Translations under genes and position numbers: made by a program | In this document: positions 28,013-38,795 of the stretch, piece by piece | Numbering within the stretch: the first letter of the stretch is position 1 | Layout of the letters: the number at the start of each line of letters is the position of its first letter | Notes under the pieces: generated by a model | The model's database searches: none | Told to the model about the DNA's origin: nothing | What the model saw: only the letters and a program-made list of their open reading frames with translations | DNA from: Acidimicrobiia bacterium | GTDB taxonomy: Bacteria > Actinomycetota > Acidimicrobiia > Spongiisociales > Spongiisociaceae | NCBI GenBank assembly: GCA_041576165.1 | Contig: JBFGLM010000024.1 | Span: 10,481 to 74,480 of the forward strand | Direction: 5' to 3' | Length of the DNA: 64,000 nt

Positions 28013-30205
28013 TCAGTAGATGAGTCGTTCCAGCACGCGCTGGGAGAACGGGCGCTGACCCTGGTCAGGAGCGTGCACCACCAGCACCGGCGCACCGACC
28101 ACCTCGGAGATGCGCTCACTCAGGTCGGTGCCGATACCGGCCCGCGACGCACCCATGATCACCAGATCCGACCCTCGCGCCCTGGTCCGGATCGCACTGA
28201 TGAGGTCGTCTGAGCGCTCGATCTCGCACGCCATCTCGTTCCGCACGAGCTCCGCCAGCTGAGCGTGGTAGTCGCGAATGACCTGCTGCTGGATCTCGGT
28301 TGCATCCGACTCGAGTACGTGCATCAACCGGATCTTGGAGCCTTCTGCGTACGCCACCCGGGTGGCGGTATCGATCTTGGCGACGTCAAACGGGCTGGCC
28401 GCCCCGAGCACCGTGATGGTGTTGAGCGACGTAAGCGGCTCGTTCCCCAGATACATGACATCCGAATGGGCGTGCTCTCGAATCCAGGTGAGGTCGAAGC
28501 CATGCCGGTGACGCTCGGCACGCTCACCCAGCTCGCCGAGGATCAGGTCCACCGCGTGCCGGTCCGCATAGTCGACGAGCGCCTGCTGAGCGTCTGGCCC
28601 CCGCGGCCGGACCACCGCGATGTCGAGCCCGAGGTCTTCGGCGACGTCCTTGGCGCCGATGCGGAAGGGGTCGTCGGGACGCGGGAGCCGGTCCCGCCTC
28701 CACCACAGCGCACCCTGCCGTTCGCGGTCGACCCGGGCAAGCGTGACCCTTCCGTCCTCGGCCATCACCGCGCGAGCCAGCCTGAGCAGATCACGCAAGC
28801 GGGCAGTGCTGATCGAGTCATGCACCGGGATCAGCACGTGATCCCGTCCCGGCGACGCGAGCTCCTCGGTGGTGGTCGCCACCAGCCTCCCGATCGAACG
28901 CAGCCGCAGCGCGTCGAGCGCCGCACTCTCCCGGCTTGCGCGCGAGCGCCCGAACCAGCGATACCAGGCGACGCCACCGACCACGATCAGGAGCGAACCG
29001 ACGATGGACACGGTCCCGAGCTGGGTGAGCAAGCCCAGTGAAGCCACGATCCCGAAGATCTGGATCCACGGGTAGAAGGGCGAGCGGAAGTCGGGTCGGT
29101 ACCACGCCGGGCTCGATTCCCGGAAGGCGATCAGGCTGAGGTTGATGAGTGAGAAGACCGTCACCTGGAACGCGGACGCCAGCTTGGCGAGCTCGATGAG
29201 CGGCACGAATGCGATCAGCGCCACCATGACCGAACCGGTGAGCGCGATGCTGGTGATCGGCGTACCGGTCCGGGCACTGACGTGGCTGAGCGCTCGGGGC
29301 GCGAGACGCTCGCGAGCCATGGCCAACGGATATCGTGAGGACGACAGCAGACCGGCGTTCGCCATCGACACCAACGCCAGGACGGCTGTGGCAGATATCA
29401 GGCCCACCCCGAAGCGCCCGAGGAATTGCTCGGCGGTCGTCGCCACCGGCGCCGGGTCATCGCCCAGTGCAGCCAGCGGTCCGGTCCCCACGATCACCGC
29501 CACGATTGACGGATATACGATCAGCATCAGGCCCAGCGAGGTGAGCATGCCGCGCGGTATCGTCTTGCCGGGATCCTTGACCTCCTCGGCCACCGACGAG
29601 ATCTTGGTGACCCCCGCATACGACACGAAAACGAGCCCGGTCGCCGCCATGAGGCCCTTGAACCCCGCCGGCATGAAAGGTTCGAAGGCTCCCGGATCCA
29701 GGTTGGTGGTACCTGACAAGACGAAAAAGGTCAGCACCCCGAGCACCGCGCTCACCACAACCGTTTGGAAACTCCCCGATTGCTTCACGCCGGCCATGTT
29801 GAGCCCGATGAGGAGCAAGGCCAGCACAACACCAACTGGCCTGATCGGAATATCCACAAAGAACACGAGATATCCGCCAAGACCCACCAGGGCGAACGCC
29901 GACTTGAACACCAGGGCAAACCAGACACCGAACCCGGCCACAGTGCCCATGACCGGACCCATGGCCCGGTCGATGAACAGGTACGAGCCCCCAGCCTTGG
30001 GCATGGCGGTCGACATCTCGGATTTGCTCAGAGCCGCCGGAACGACCACCAGACCAGCCAGGAAATAGGCCAGGACCGCGGCAGGACCCGCGATGTCTAT
30101 GGCCAGGCCCGGCAGAACAAAAATCCCGCTGCCGATCATCGCACCGAGGCTGACGGTGAAGACGGCCGACAGCCCCAGGTTGCGTTGCAGTTCCGCCGTA
30201 GCCAT
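28013..30205 (-). CDS. APC amino acid permease fused to tandem universal-stress-protein-like domains
   Basis: GAMIGSGIFVLPG, FVSYAG...VAEEVKDP; C-terminal HVLIPV, DLILGE, RLMHV, DLVIMGAS, PVLVVH. Confidence 0.85.
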   Translation of the reverse strand: MATAELQRNLGLSAVFTVSLGAMIGSGIFVLPGLAIDIAGPAAVLAYFLAGLVVVPAALSKSEMSTAMPKAGGSYLFIDRAMGPVMGTVAGFGVWFALVFKSAFALVGLGGYLVFFVDIPIRPVGVVLALLLIGLNMAGVKQSGSFQTVVVSAVLGVLTFFVLSGTTNLDPGAFEPFMPAGFKGLMAATGLVFVSYAGVTKISSVAEEVKDPGKTIPRGMLTSLGLMLIVYPSIVAVIVGTGPLAALGDDPAPVATTAEQFLGRFGVGLISATAVLALVSMANAGLLSSSRYPLAMARERLAPRALSHVSARTGTPITSIALTGSVMVALIAFVPLIELAKLASAFQVTVFSLINLSLIAFRESSPAWYRPDFRSPFYPWIQIFGIVASLGLLTQLGTVSIVGSLLIVVGGVAWYRWFGRSRASRESAALDALRLRSIGRLVATTTEELASPGRDHVLIPVHDSISTARLRDLLRLARAVMAEDGRVTLARVDRERQGALWWRRDRLPRPDDPFRIGAKDVAEDLGLDIAVVRPRGPDAQQALVDYADRHAVDLILGELGERAERHRHGFDLTWIREHAHSDVMYLGNEPLTSLNTITVLGAASPFDVAKIDTATRVAYAEGSKIRLMHVLESDATEIQQQVIRDYHAQLAELVRNEMACEIERSDDLISAIRTRARGSDLVIMGASRAGIGTDLSERISEVVGAPVLVVHAPDQGQRPFSQRVLERLIY

Positions 30206-30555
30206 GGTTGATCCTTGTCAACAAGGGGGTTGGCCATACCCTATCCCGGGTGGTGCGCTGTCGCACGGAGGCGGCGCCTAGCGGCGCCGCCGCGGCCACA
30301 GCCAAACCCAGCGAAGCGGCAGGCTAGCGGACACCCTTGGCGACGGGCTCTCGCCGCGACGGGCAAAGGGGGTGCGCGCGGGGAATCGGGCTCCGCCGTC
30401 CTCCTCGCAGGCAGCGACCTGAGCGGTGCGAATCTGCAACAAACGGCGCGGCCGCCACGGTGCTCATACGAACGCCACCGGAGGTGGTGCATGCGGCCCG
30501 ATCCTGATCGGACCGCCCCGCCACGCGCCGCCGGCCCGCCGGCGGCGAAACCGGC

Positions 30556-31026
30556 TCATCCCGCCAGCGCTGCCAGGATCAGCGCCACCGCCGTGAAGGT
30601 GGGAGCGATCGCGCGGATGTGGTTCGCTCGGGTCCACTCCGTCGCATAACGTTGCCAGATCGCCGGCGCGTCCGGATCGTCCGGCTCGACAACGGCCAGG
30701 CGATTGTTGCGGGGGACGTGGTACGCCGCGGTCAGCACAAACACTCCGAACACATAGACCACAGCTCCGGCCAGAGCCCACCAGGCCCCGGCTCGGTCGA
30801 GATCGACCAGCGCCATCACAGCAACGACCACACTCAACACGGTGCCGCCGAAGAACAGCGACATGAACGGCGGCTGCACTGCGGTGATGTTGACAGCTTG
30901 CATCGCCTGCATTCCCTGCACCGGGGGCAGGGCCCGGATGCCCTTCATGGCAAAGGTCGAGAAGGCAAAGAAGATGCCGGCCACGAGACCGCTCACAACC
31001 GCGGTGATGATGAGAATCGGGGTCAT
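30556..31026 (-). CDS. DUF1772 / anthrone oxygenase family membrane protein
   Basis: GLVAGIFFAFSTFAM, MQAVN, VPRNNRL, WTRANHIR; AAGGAG SD before ATG 31026. Confidence 0.85.
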   Translation of the reverse strand: MTPILIITAVVSGLVAGIFFAFSTFAMKGIRALPPVQGMQAMQAVNITAVQPPFMSLFFGGTVLSVVVAVMALVDLDRAGAWWALAGAVVYVFGVFVLTAAYHVPRNNRLAVVEPDDPDAPAIWQRYATEWTRANHIRAIAPTFTAVALILAALAG

Positions 31027-31031
31027 GGCGA

Positions 31032-31559
31032 TCAGCTCCTTTCGAGGTCGGCCAGGTCGACGTGTCCACCGGCGTTGAGCGGGTCCCGGATCAAGCTCCA
31101 CAGCGACATCCCAAGACCATAAGTGAACATACGGGCGCGAGGGGTGATGCGGAGAAAGCATGTGTCGGGCAAGTCGAGCTCACCGTGCCCGGTGATCGAT
31201 TTCAGGTGTCCCTCCTCCAGCAGCGCCACCACTTCGGGGTCGTCGACATCGAGCACCTCGACTGTGGCCTGAAACTGGATTGACGACGGCGGGCCAACCG
31301 GCAGCCGCCGGACCGGAATCGTGACGGCAACATCCGGGTTGGCTGCGGCGTTGCGGGCCTTGCGGCTCGTACGCTTGGTGTTCACGAACAGGGTGGTGCC
31401 GATTGCCTCGTAGAGCACTCCGGCGACGTGAGGACGCCCCCTGTCCGACGCGGTCGCCAGCGTTGCGAACGAACGTTTGGCGATTGCCTGGCGGACCCGA
31501 TCCGGATCCGGGGTGACGGCCGTTGCGGCCGCCGGCTGGGTGTGGGTAGTAGTAACCAT
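31032..31559 (-). CDS. pyridoxamine 5'-phosphate oxidase-like (split-barrel flavin/F420-binding) protein
   Basis: FATLATAS..GRPHV, SRKARNAAANPDVAV. Confidence 0.8.
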   Translation of the reverse strand: MVTTTHTQPAAATAVTPDPDRVRQAIAKRSFATLATASDRGRPHVAGVLYEAIGTTLFVNTKRTSRKARNAAANPDVAVTIPVRRLPVGPPSSIQFQATVEVLDVDDPEVVALLEEGHLKSITGHGELDLPDTCFLRITPRARMFTYGLGMSLWSLIRDPLNAGGHVDLADLERS

Positions 31560-32192
31560 GCCAGCACCGTACGCTCAGTCGCTGAGACCTTCCATGGCTC
31601 AAACGCTCGGATTCATACGCGAGCGTCTCCCAGCCGCGTATTGCGGCACTCCGTTTCCAGAACGGGGCCCACCGGGACCTCACGATGGGGGCGACATCCG
31701 CGGTGGCGCGCCTGGCCCACCAGACCGGCGCAAGCGCTAGGCGCATCCGCTTCTGCCCACCCAGCGTCACGCGCTGGTTACTGACTCTCCCAGCGCTCTT
31801 GAGCAGACACCTGATTGGTCACATTCAGCCGCAATGGTGAGATTCCGCCCCAGGGATGATGGTCCGTCCGCATGGATAACCGGCGTTGACAACCGGTCAA
31901 CCGTTTGGAGCACGACGGCTCGCCCGGGGAATGCACACTCCACGGGCCCGCGGAGCACGCTCGCTCGCAGCACAGAATAAGCCGCGCACCGCGGACGATG
32001 CGACGGGCGCGCCGCGGAGGTTGGCTTCACCCTCAGATCGCTCTCACAATCCAAGCTCGAGTTGCTGCAGTCCGGGCTCACATCCATCGGTCAGGCAGCC
32101 GGCGATTTCTGACAATACCTTTGCGGTTCGCAGCCCAGACGCGGCTGGGGCCGGGTGAACGTCACCCGGTCCCAGATCTACGAGCAACGGCG

Positions 32193-33431
32193 TCAGAGGG
32201 CGAAAGCGCGGAGCATCGATGTCTCCGCAAGGGCATGCCACGCCTGCACCGAGTCGCGGAACTCACGCCACGGCTGCAGGATGTCGGCAAACTGTCCATC
32301 GGAGGCGGCCACCCCGTCGAGCACGGACTCGTTCTCGGTCTTGAACGCGGTGAGGAGTTCGTCGGAGAATTGCCTGATCTCGGCGACCTGCTCGACCTCT
32401 GGCAGAGATTGTGAATTGAGCAGGTCATAGTTGGCCATCGTGCCCAGATTGGCGGCCTTGGCGGCGTTTTCCACCGCTGCTTGATACTCCTCCGGAAGCT
32501 CATTCCACAAGTTGAGCGGCATGACCACTTCCAGCGAGGAACCCGGTTCCCACCATCCAGGGTGGTAGTAGAACAACTGGCTGCCCAGCTGCGTCATGCC
32601 GAGAATCACGTCGTCATACGGTCCGACCCATTCGGCCGCATCGATTGCACCGGTCTCGATTGCCTGGCTGATCTCTCCACCAGGCGTGAACACCTGTTCG
32701 GCGCCGAGGTTGTTGATGGTGTTCCCGGCGAGGCCCGGGATACGCATCTTCAGGCCCTGGAGATCGGCGACCGTGTTGATCTCCTTAGTGAACCAGCCGC
32801 CCATTTGGACGCCGGTGTTACCCGCCGGGAACTGGATGAGCCCAAATTCACTGGCATAGAAGTCGCGTAACATCTCCAAGCCCCCGCCTGCGTACAGCCA
32901 GGCGTTCTGCTGCCGGGAGGTGAGACCAAACGGCACTGCCGTTCCGAACTGGGTGGAGGGGCTGATGCCAACGTAGTAGTAGGACGCGGTATGGCCCGCT
33001 TCGGCGCCTCCGTCGCGCACGGCCGGCAACACCTCGCCGCCCGGCACGAGCTCGCCAGAGACCCGCGGTGTAATCGTGAATTTGCCGCCGGTCAACTTGC
33101 CCACTTCGTCGGCAAAGATCTGCGCTCCGGCCCCGATGGTCCCGATCAGCGAACCGGGCCAACTGGTCGGCATTTGCCAGTTGATCTCGGGCAGATCTGA
33201 CTGTGACAGAATGACTTCTGTGAGCTCGGTGGTTTCCGCTGCGTCGTCGGTAACGGCCGTAGCACCAGTACCGGGCTCACTCTCGTCGTCGCTCCGAGTA
33301 CATGCGGCGAGAAGCGATCCGGCTGCTGCAAATCCGGCTACGCCGATGCCAGACCTGATGAACTGGCGCCGGTTGACGCCTCTGGGTCCGTCTGCGATCG
33401 AGTGCTCTTCAGGTAATAGGTTCTCGAGCAT
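32193..33431 (-). CDS. dctP: TRAP transporter substrate-binding protein (TakP-like), Tat lipoprotein
   Basis: NRRQFI Tat motif, LLAAC lipobox, WQMPTSWP, HTASYY, GNTGVQMGGWF, GLKMRIPG, IDAAEWVGPYDD, YYHPGWWE. Confidence 0.9.
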   Translation of the reverse strand: MLENLLPEEHSIADGPRGVNRRQFIRSGIGVAGFAAAGSLLAACTRSDDESEPGTGATAVTDDAAETTELTEVILSQSDLPEINWQMPTSWPGSLIGTIGAGAQIFADEVGKLTGGKFTITPRVSGELVPGGEVLPAVRDGGAEAGHTASYYYVGISPSTQFGTAVPFGLTSRQQNAWLYAGGGLEMLRDFYASEFGLIQFPAGNTGVQMGGWFTKEINTVADLQGLKMRIPGLAGNTINNLGAEQVFTPGGEISQAIETGAIDAAEWVGPYDDVILGMTQLGSQLFYYHPGWWEPGSSLEVVMPLNLWNELPEEYQAAVENAAKAANLGTMANYDLLNSQSLPEVEQVAEIRQFSDELLTAFKTENESVLDGVAASDGQFADILQPWREFRDSVQAWHALAETSMLRAFAL

Positions 33432-33507
33432 GTCCGATCCTCCTTGGGCGGATGATCAGTTCTAGCATCTTCATCCGTCCGATGCCGCGATTCGTAGCGA
33501 GGCCGTG

Positions 33508-34914
33508 TCATCCCCCTGGGACGAACAGGTTGAACGATGCTGCAACCACTCCGGGGAAGACGGCCAGTATCACTAGCGCTACTCCTTGCAGCGCCATGAA
33601 TGGCAGTGCGCCTTTGTGGATATCTGCGGTTCTCACCTCGGAGGGCGCCACGCTCTGCAGATAGAACAGAGAGAATCCGACGGGCGGTGAGATGAATGCC
33701 ATGTTCAGGTTCACCGCCATCAGCACCGTGAACCAGATCTTTTCCTGGTCGGTGAAGCCGAGGGCCTCCATCGCTGGAAGAAAGATAGGTACGACGATGA
33801 AGGTGATCTCCAAGAACTCGAGATTGATGCCCAACAAGAAGACCGCAACCATTGCCACCAACACGAAGCCGGTCTTGCCACCGCCGATACCCGACAAGAA
33901 GTCGGCGGTGGCATCGGAGCCGCCGAGCTGCAAGAACATGAGCGAAAAGAACGACGAGGCGAACAGCAGCGTCATGACAAGGATGCTGATGTTGGCGGTT
34001 GACCGGGCCGCCTCAATCAGAGCCCTCGGAGTGAGTCGCCATCGCGGGATGATGTGGTTCGCGCCGGCCCGCACGAGAACCTTGTCGAACCAGTAGGAGA
34101 GCACCGCCAGGAGGAGAGCGCCAAAGACGCCCACCGCGCCCGACTCAGATGGTGTTGCTATGCCCTGGAAGATCGAAAATAGAACACCAACGATCAACAG
34201 GACGATCGGGACTACGGAAAAAAGCACCTCGAGCGCCAACACCTTCCCCGTCAGAGTGCGTTCCGTCGCCGGCATGGCGGGGCCCAGGCCGGGGCGGGCA
34301 TAGGAAATGCCCACTGCATACGCGGCATAGAGTGCGCTGAGGAGGAGCCCTGGGAGCAACGCACCGGCAAACAGTCCCAGAATCCCCACCCCCATCTGCT
34401 GGGCCAGCAGAATCAATACGAGGCTGGGAGGCAGTAACTGGGCCAGCGTCCCCGAGGCGATGATCACTCCGGTCGCCAGTTTGTGGTCGTACCCGAGCCG
34501 AATCATGGCGGGCAACGAGAGCAAGCCCATCACGATGACGGTCGCGGCGACAACACCAGTCGCAGCCGCGAGGAGCGTGCCCACCACCACAACGGCAGCC
34601 GCCACTCCGCCTTTGAGGGGTCCGAGGAGCATTCCGATGGCTGAGAGCAAGCGCTCGGCCAGACCGGACCGCTCGAGGATCGCTCCCATCAGCACGAAGA
34701 ACGGCACCGCCAGCAGGGTGGAGTCCGACGTGGCGCCAAACCACCGGCTAGGCAGGACTGATAGGGCGCTGGGATCAAACGTCCCGGTGAGATCGCCAAT
34801 AAAGGAGAACAAGAGCGCACTGGAGGCGAACGAGAAAGCCACGTTGTAGCCAATGAGGATCAGCACCAGGAATACGGCGAACATGGCCAAAGAAAGGGCG
34901 ACGCCGAGATCCAT
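33508..34914 (-). CDS. dctM: TRAP transporter large permease
   Basis: LLAVPFFVLMGAILERSGLA, SGTLAQLLPPS, ISPPVGFSLFYL. Confidence 0.92.
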   Translation of the reverse strand: MDLGVALSLAMFAVFLVLILIGYNVAFSFASSALLFSFIGDLTGTFDPSALSVLPSRWFGATSDSTLLAVPFFVLMGAILERSGLAERLLSAIGMLLGPLKGGVAAAVVVVGTLLAAATGVVAATVIVMGLLSLPAMIRLGYDHKLATGVIIASGTLAQLLPPSLVLILLAQQMGVGILGLFAGALLPGLLLSALYAAYAVGISYARPGLGPAMPATERTLTGKVLALEVLFSVVPIVLLIVGVLFSIFQGIATPSESGAVGVFGALLLAVLSYWFDKVLVRAGANHIIPRWRLTPRALIEAARSTANISILVMTLLFASSFFSLMFLQLGGSDATADFLSGIGGGKTGFVLVAMVAVFLLGINLEFLEITFIVVPIFLPAMEALGFTDQEKIWFTVLMAVNLNMAFISPPVGFSLFYLQSVAPSEVRTADIHKGALPFMALQGVALVILAVFPGVVAASFNLFVPGG

Positions 34915-35631
34915 CTACTCTACCCGCAGCGGCGCTTCGAGGACATCGATTCCGGCGAGGTCCTCGCGACCCTTCAGTACCAGTATTTGCTTGATAATCT
35001 CGGCCACGATCTGGACGGCCATCAGGAGGAATCCGATCAGGATCAGAAGTTTGATCGGTCCTCGAGGCAGGCCACCAGCGTCGGTCGACTGCTCCCAGAT
35101 CTCCCACAACTTCCACGTGCGCCACGACCCGTCAAAGGACCGACCCATCGCAGACAGCGACCAACCCCACACCGTCCGCATCGCCATGACAAGGAACGGC
35201 AAGAACAGCAGCGCATGGAAGATCAGGTCGAAGACTGCTTTTCGTTTGTTTGAGAAATCGGCCCACCAGAAGTCGATCCGGGGATTGACTCCCTCGCGCA
35301 CGCCGTAGTTGAGACCCAGAAGAAACAGTGCACCAAAGATCATCCATTGCAGATCGAAGACCTGACCGACAATGATGTCACGCTCGATGAATCTCGCTAC
35401 ATAGCGAGTGACCACATTGAACAGGCCGAGTAGGAATACCACCCACACCAGAACCAAGGACAGACGCCCGGTGACGGTGGCGATCTTCTCGAGCTTGACC
35501 CATGCGACGAACAGGACACCGACCATGCCACCGGGACGCTCCATCGCCTCGAGTGCGGCCCGCCGCTCGTGACGTGTGAGCAGCTCCTCGGCGACTTCGG
35601 TGACGTCGCGGCTCTCTGCCAGGTCACTCAT
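34915..35631 (-). CDS. dctQ: TRAP transporter small permease
   Basis: NVVTRY, LQWMIFGALFLLG, RIDFWW, 4 TM; directly upstream of dctM. Confidence 0.88.
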   Translation of the reverse strand: MSDLAESRDVTEVAEELLTRHERRAALEAMERPGGMVGVLFVAWVKLEKIATVTGRLSLVLVWVVFLLGLFNVVTRYVARFIERDIIVGQVFDLQWMIFGALFLLGLNYGVREGVNPRIDFWWADFSNKRKAVFDLIFHALLFLPFLVMAMRTVWGWSLSAMGRSFDGSWRTWKLWEIWEQSTDAGGLPRGPIKLLILIGFLLMAVQIVAEIIKQILVLKGREDLAGIDVLEAPLRVE

Positions 35632-35785
35632 GACGATCCTGTTGCGTTCTGCTCGGCGCTCGCCACGTAGCCAATCCCAGGAGTGCTCGTTTCGTGCCTC
35701 TGACCGGTGGCCGGCACGGTACCACCCGCCGGCATCGCAGGGCGACTGGATACCACTCACGCACCAAGTGGGTACGGTGGCTGCC

Positions 35786-36478
35786 ATGTTCCGGGTTCGA
35801 GTGGTCATGTGGGGCTTCGCCGGCATGTTCGCCCTCTTTGCGGTGCTCTCCGCAGCCAGAGCACCGGGTGGAGCGACGCCTGCCGATCGTGCCGTCCGTA
35901 TCGACTCGCCTGGATGCGGACTCGCCAGCGATACGTTCGGATCCGGCATCATCATCGGTGAGAAACGCGTCCTAACCGTGGCACATACGGTGGCTCGGGC
36001 GAGCGACCCATCAGTGACCGACTCGTCCGGCGCCGTCCATTCGGCACAGCTTGTCGCCATCGATCTCGCCAACGATCTTGCGTTGCTCGAGGTCGACGAC
36101 TTGGGATTCGTGCGACCTACGTTCGGCATCGCAGACGACACGACTACCGGTCTCATCCATCGAGCACCCAACTCCGGCACCGCCGGGTACAAGGTGATTC
36201 GGAGAGTCAACGTGATGATAGAAGAGGTGCTCGGAACTCAGTCTCACCAACGGCCGGGCTACGAAGTTGCAGCGACCACTGAGCGAGGAGATAGCGGTGC
36301 AGGCGTCTACGACCAGGATCATCGCCTCGTCGGGATCGTGTTCGCGGTCAGTGCTGAGCGTGCCACTACATGGGTCACGGCGAGTTCGGTGATTGAGCAA
36401 TTCCTGGCCGCCTCGGCCGGCAAGGAGGCTGACCTTCGATGTGATCCCACTCGATCCCAGATATCCGAAGAGGCCTAA
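35786..36478 (+). CDS. trypsin-like serine protease (membrane-anchored or secreted)
   Basis: Triad motifs LTVAHTV, DLALL, GDSGAG; TACGGT 7 nt before ATG. Confidence 0.85.
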   Translation: MFRVRVVMWGFAGMFALFAVLSAARAPGGATPADRAVRIDSPGCGLASDTFGSGIIIGEKRVLTVAHTVARASDPSVTDSSGAVHSAQLVAIDLANDLALLEVDDLGFVRPTFGIADDTTTGLIHRAPNSGTAGYKVIRRVNVMIEEVLGTQSHQRPGYEVAATTERGDSGAGVYDQDHRLVGIVFAVSAERATTWVTASSVIEQFLAASAGKEADLRCDPTRSQISEEA

Positions 36479-36918
36479 CAGCCTGCGATGTGGTGTATCG
36501 CCCTCTCAGAGCTCTTCGGCACGGTGTAGGTGCGGCCCGCGATGTGCCAATCCGTGGCCAACAAGGTCCCGCCCACTCGGGTGATCTCGACCGAAGCCGG
36601 TAGTACCTCTATGAGCCGTTTGGCGAATTGCCGAATCTTGCTCGCTTCGAAGATCATGATGCCATGTCGCGTCTTGGCGAGCGCCCGATAGTTGGTCGTC
36701 GCCGTGACGGCGATCGCCGCAGACGCCACGCCGAGCGCAATTCGCGAACTCCACTCTTCGAAGCCGGCCAACTCGGCAATTAGGAGCATAGCTACGAAAG
36801 CTCCGGCCGCGAACGGGAGCATCCATCGGTGCCTGCTCCACATGAAGGCAGCTTCGATCACCTCGTCACCTTCGGCCAGGAGGCGTTGCACGGATCTCAA
36901 CAGCACGGCGCGGCGCAT
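36475..36918 (-). CDS. hypothetical membrane protein
   Basis: Two TM helices plus a beta-rich tail; TACCAT 6 nt before ATG 36918. Confidence 0.6.
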   Translation of the reverse strand: MRRAVLLRSVQRLLAEGDEVIEAAFMWSRHRWMLPFAAGAFVAMLLIAELAGFEEWSSRIALGVASAAIAVTATTNYRALAKTRHGIMIFEASKIRQFAKRLIEVLPASVEITRVGGTLLATDWHIAGRTYTVPKSSERAIHHIAGC

Positions 36919-37245
36919 CATTCGATGGTAGGTGCTATCGGCATATCGCCTGGATCGAGGTTCACTACCACGTTCGTGAACAGCTGGACCACGATGCGGC
37001 CGGGGCTCACGGATGCCATCACCGATGCGTACGAGGTCGACCTGGTTCGGCTCGAAGAACCGTCCGACCACGCATTCGAGTCCCCTGACCATCGCAAGCC
37101 CATGCGCCATACTCGGCGCCATCGGGGAACTCACCAGAAGGCAATTCGGGGCGGTCGCCCGATGATCGTGCCCCGCCCGCCCGGCAACCTCGAGCAACGC
37201 CGGACGAAATCACCTGTGCGGCCGCCAGCGCTCGGGTAAAGCCGG

Positions 37246-38766
37246 TCAGCCGAACTCGATGCCCTGCGCGAGGGGCAGATCGCCGCCCCAGTTGATGGTG
37301 GTGGTTTGCCGGCGCATGTACGCCTTCCAGGCGTCTGAGCCGGCCTCCCGGCCTCCCCCGGTCTCCTTCTCGCCACCGAATGCGCCCCCGATCTCGGCGC
37401 CGGACGTCCCGATGTTGACGTTGGCGATCCCGCAGTCGGAGCCGGCGTGGGATAGGAAACGCTCTGCGTTGGCAAGCGAGTCGGTGAAGATCGCAGACGA
37501 CAGGCCCTGGCGGACGCCGTTGTGGACTTCGATCGCCTCGTGGAGCGAGTCGACGGTGATGACCCACAAGATGGGCGCGAATGTCTCCTCCTGCACGATC
37601 GGCGCGTCTTTGCCGATGGTGACGATCGTCGGTTCCACGAAACGGTCGCCGAGACCGTCCAGCTGCACCCGGTTGCCGCCGTAGACCACCTTCCCGCCTT
37701 GGTCGCGGGCGGCGTCAAGTGCCGCCATCATGTTCTCCACGGCGGTCGAGGAGACCAGCGGGCCCATCAGCACACCCTCCTTCATCGGGTCACCGATCGG
37801 GACCTGCGCATACGCATCAGCCAAGCTCGCCACGAGGTCGTCGGCGATGGCCCGGTGTGCGATGAGGCGGCGCAGTGAAGTGCAGCGTTGCCCGGCTGTC
37901 CCAACTGCCGCGAACAAGACTGCCCGCGTGGCCAGGTCCAAGTCGGCGTCATCCATGACGATGATCGCGTTGTTGCCGCCCAGTTCGAGTATGGACCTCC
38001 CGTACCGCTCCGCCACTGCCGGGCCGACGATCCCGCCCATCCGGCACGATCCGGTGGCGGAGATCAGGGGCAGGCGGCGATCGGCGGTCATCAACTCCCC
38101 GACCGCCGGGCTGCCCGCGGCAAGCCCGAACACCGGTTCGAAACCGGTCCCGGCCATGACCCGTTCGCAGATCTTCGTCACGGCGATCGCAGTCAGCGAG
38201 CTGCGCTCGGAGGGCTTCCAAATCACCGTGTCGCCACACACCGACGCAATGAAGGCGTTCCAGGACCATACGGCGACCGGAAAGTTGAACGCGGTGATGA
38301 CCCCGACCGGCCCCAGCGGGTGCCACTGTTCGTACATGCGGTGGCGCGGTCGTTCCGAAGCCATGGTGAGTCCGTACAACTGACGCGAAAGCCCCACGGC
38401 GAAGTCGGCGATGTCGATCATCTCCTGGACCTCGCCTTCCCCCTCGGCGCGGATCTTGCCCATTTCCATCGTCACCAGCGCGCCCAGTTCCGCCCTGACG
38501 TCTCGCAAGGCATTGCCGATCTGGCGGACATAGTCGCCCCGTTTCGGGGCCGGAACCATTCGCCACTCCTCGAACACTTCCACCGAGGCCGAGACGATCC
38601 GGTCATAATCATCGGGGCCGGCGTTGGTGACCGCCCCGATGACCGTGCCGGTGGCGGGGTTGTGGACTTCGACGGTCTCGCCGCCGGCGTCGAGCCAGGT
38701 GCCGGCGAACGCTCCGGAGTTGGTGGCGCCCAGTCCCAGGTTCTTGAAGACAGTGTTGTGATCCAT
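37246..38766 (-). CDS. aldehyde dehydrogenase family 7 (aminoadipate-semialdehyde / piperideine-6-carboxylate dehydrogenase-like)
   Basis: GEVQEMIDIADFAVGLSRQLYG, TAFNFP, WKPSE, ELGGNNA, AGQRCT, DCGIANVNIGTSGAEIGGAFGGEK. Confidence 0.93.
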   Translation of the reverse strand: MDHNTVFKNLGLGATNSGAFAGTWLDAGGETVEVHNPATGTVIGAVTNAGPDDYDRIVSASVEVFEEWRMVPAPKRGDYVRQIGNALRDVRAELGALVTMEMGKIRAEGEGEVQEMIDIADFAVGLSRQLYGLTMASERPRHRMYEQWHPLGPVGVITAFNFPVAVWSWNAFIASVCGDTVIWKPSERSSLTAIAVTKICERVMAGTGFEPVFGLAAGSPAVGELMTADRRLPLISATGSCRMGGIVGPAVAERYGRSILELGGNNAIIVMDDADLDLATRAVLFAAVGTAGQRCTSLRRLIAHRAIADDLVASLADAYAQVPIGDPMKEGVLMGPLVSSTAVENMMAALDAARDQGGKVVYGGNRVQLDGLGDRFVEPTIVTIGKDAPIVQEETFAPILWVITVDSLHEAIEVHNGVRQGLSSAIFTDSLANAERFLSHAGSDCGIANVNIGTSGAEIGGAFGGEKETGGGREAGSDAWKAYMRRQTTTINWGGDLPLAQGIEFG

Positions 38767-38795
38767 GTCCACTCCGTTTCTACGCGACGCCACCG

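Noticed and set aside
36829-37239. Small plus-strand ORF between the membrane protein and ALDH7
   Set aside because: No motif or clear start signal; cannot be supported
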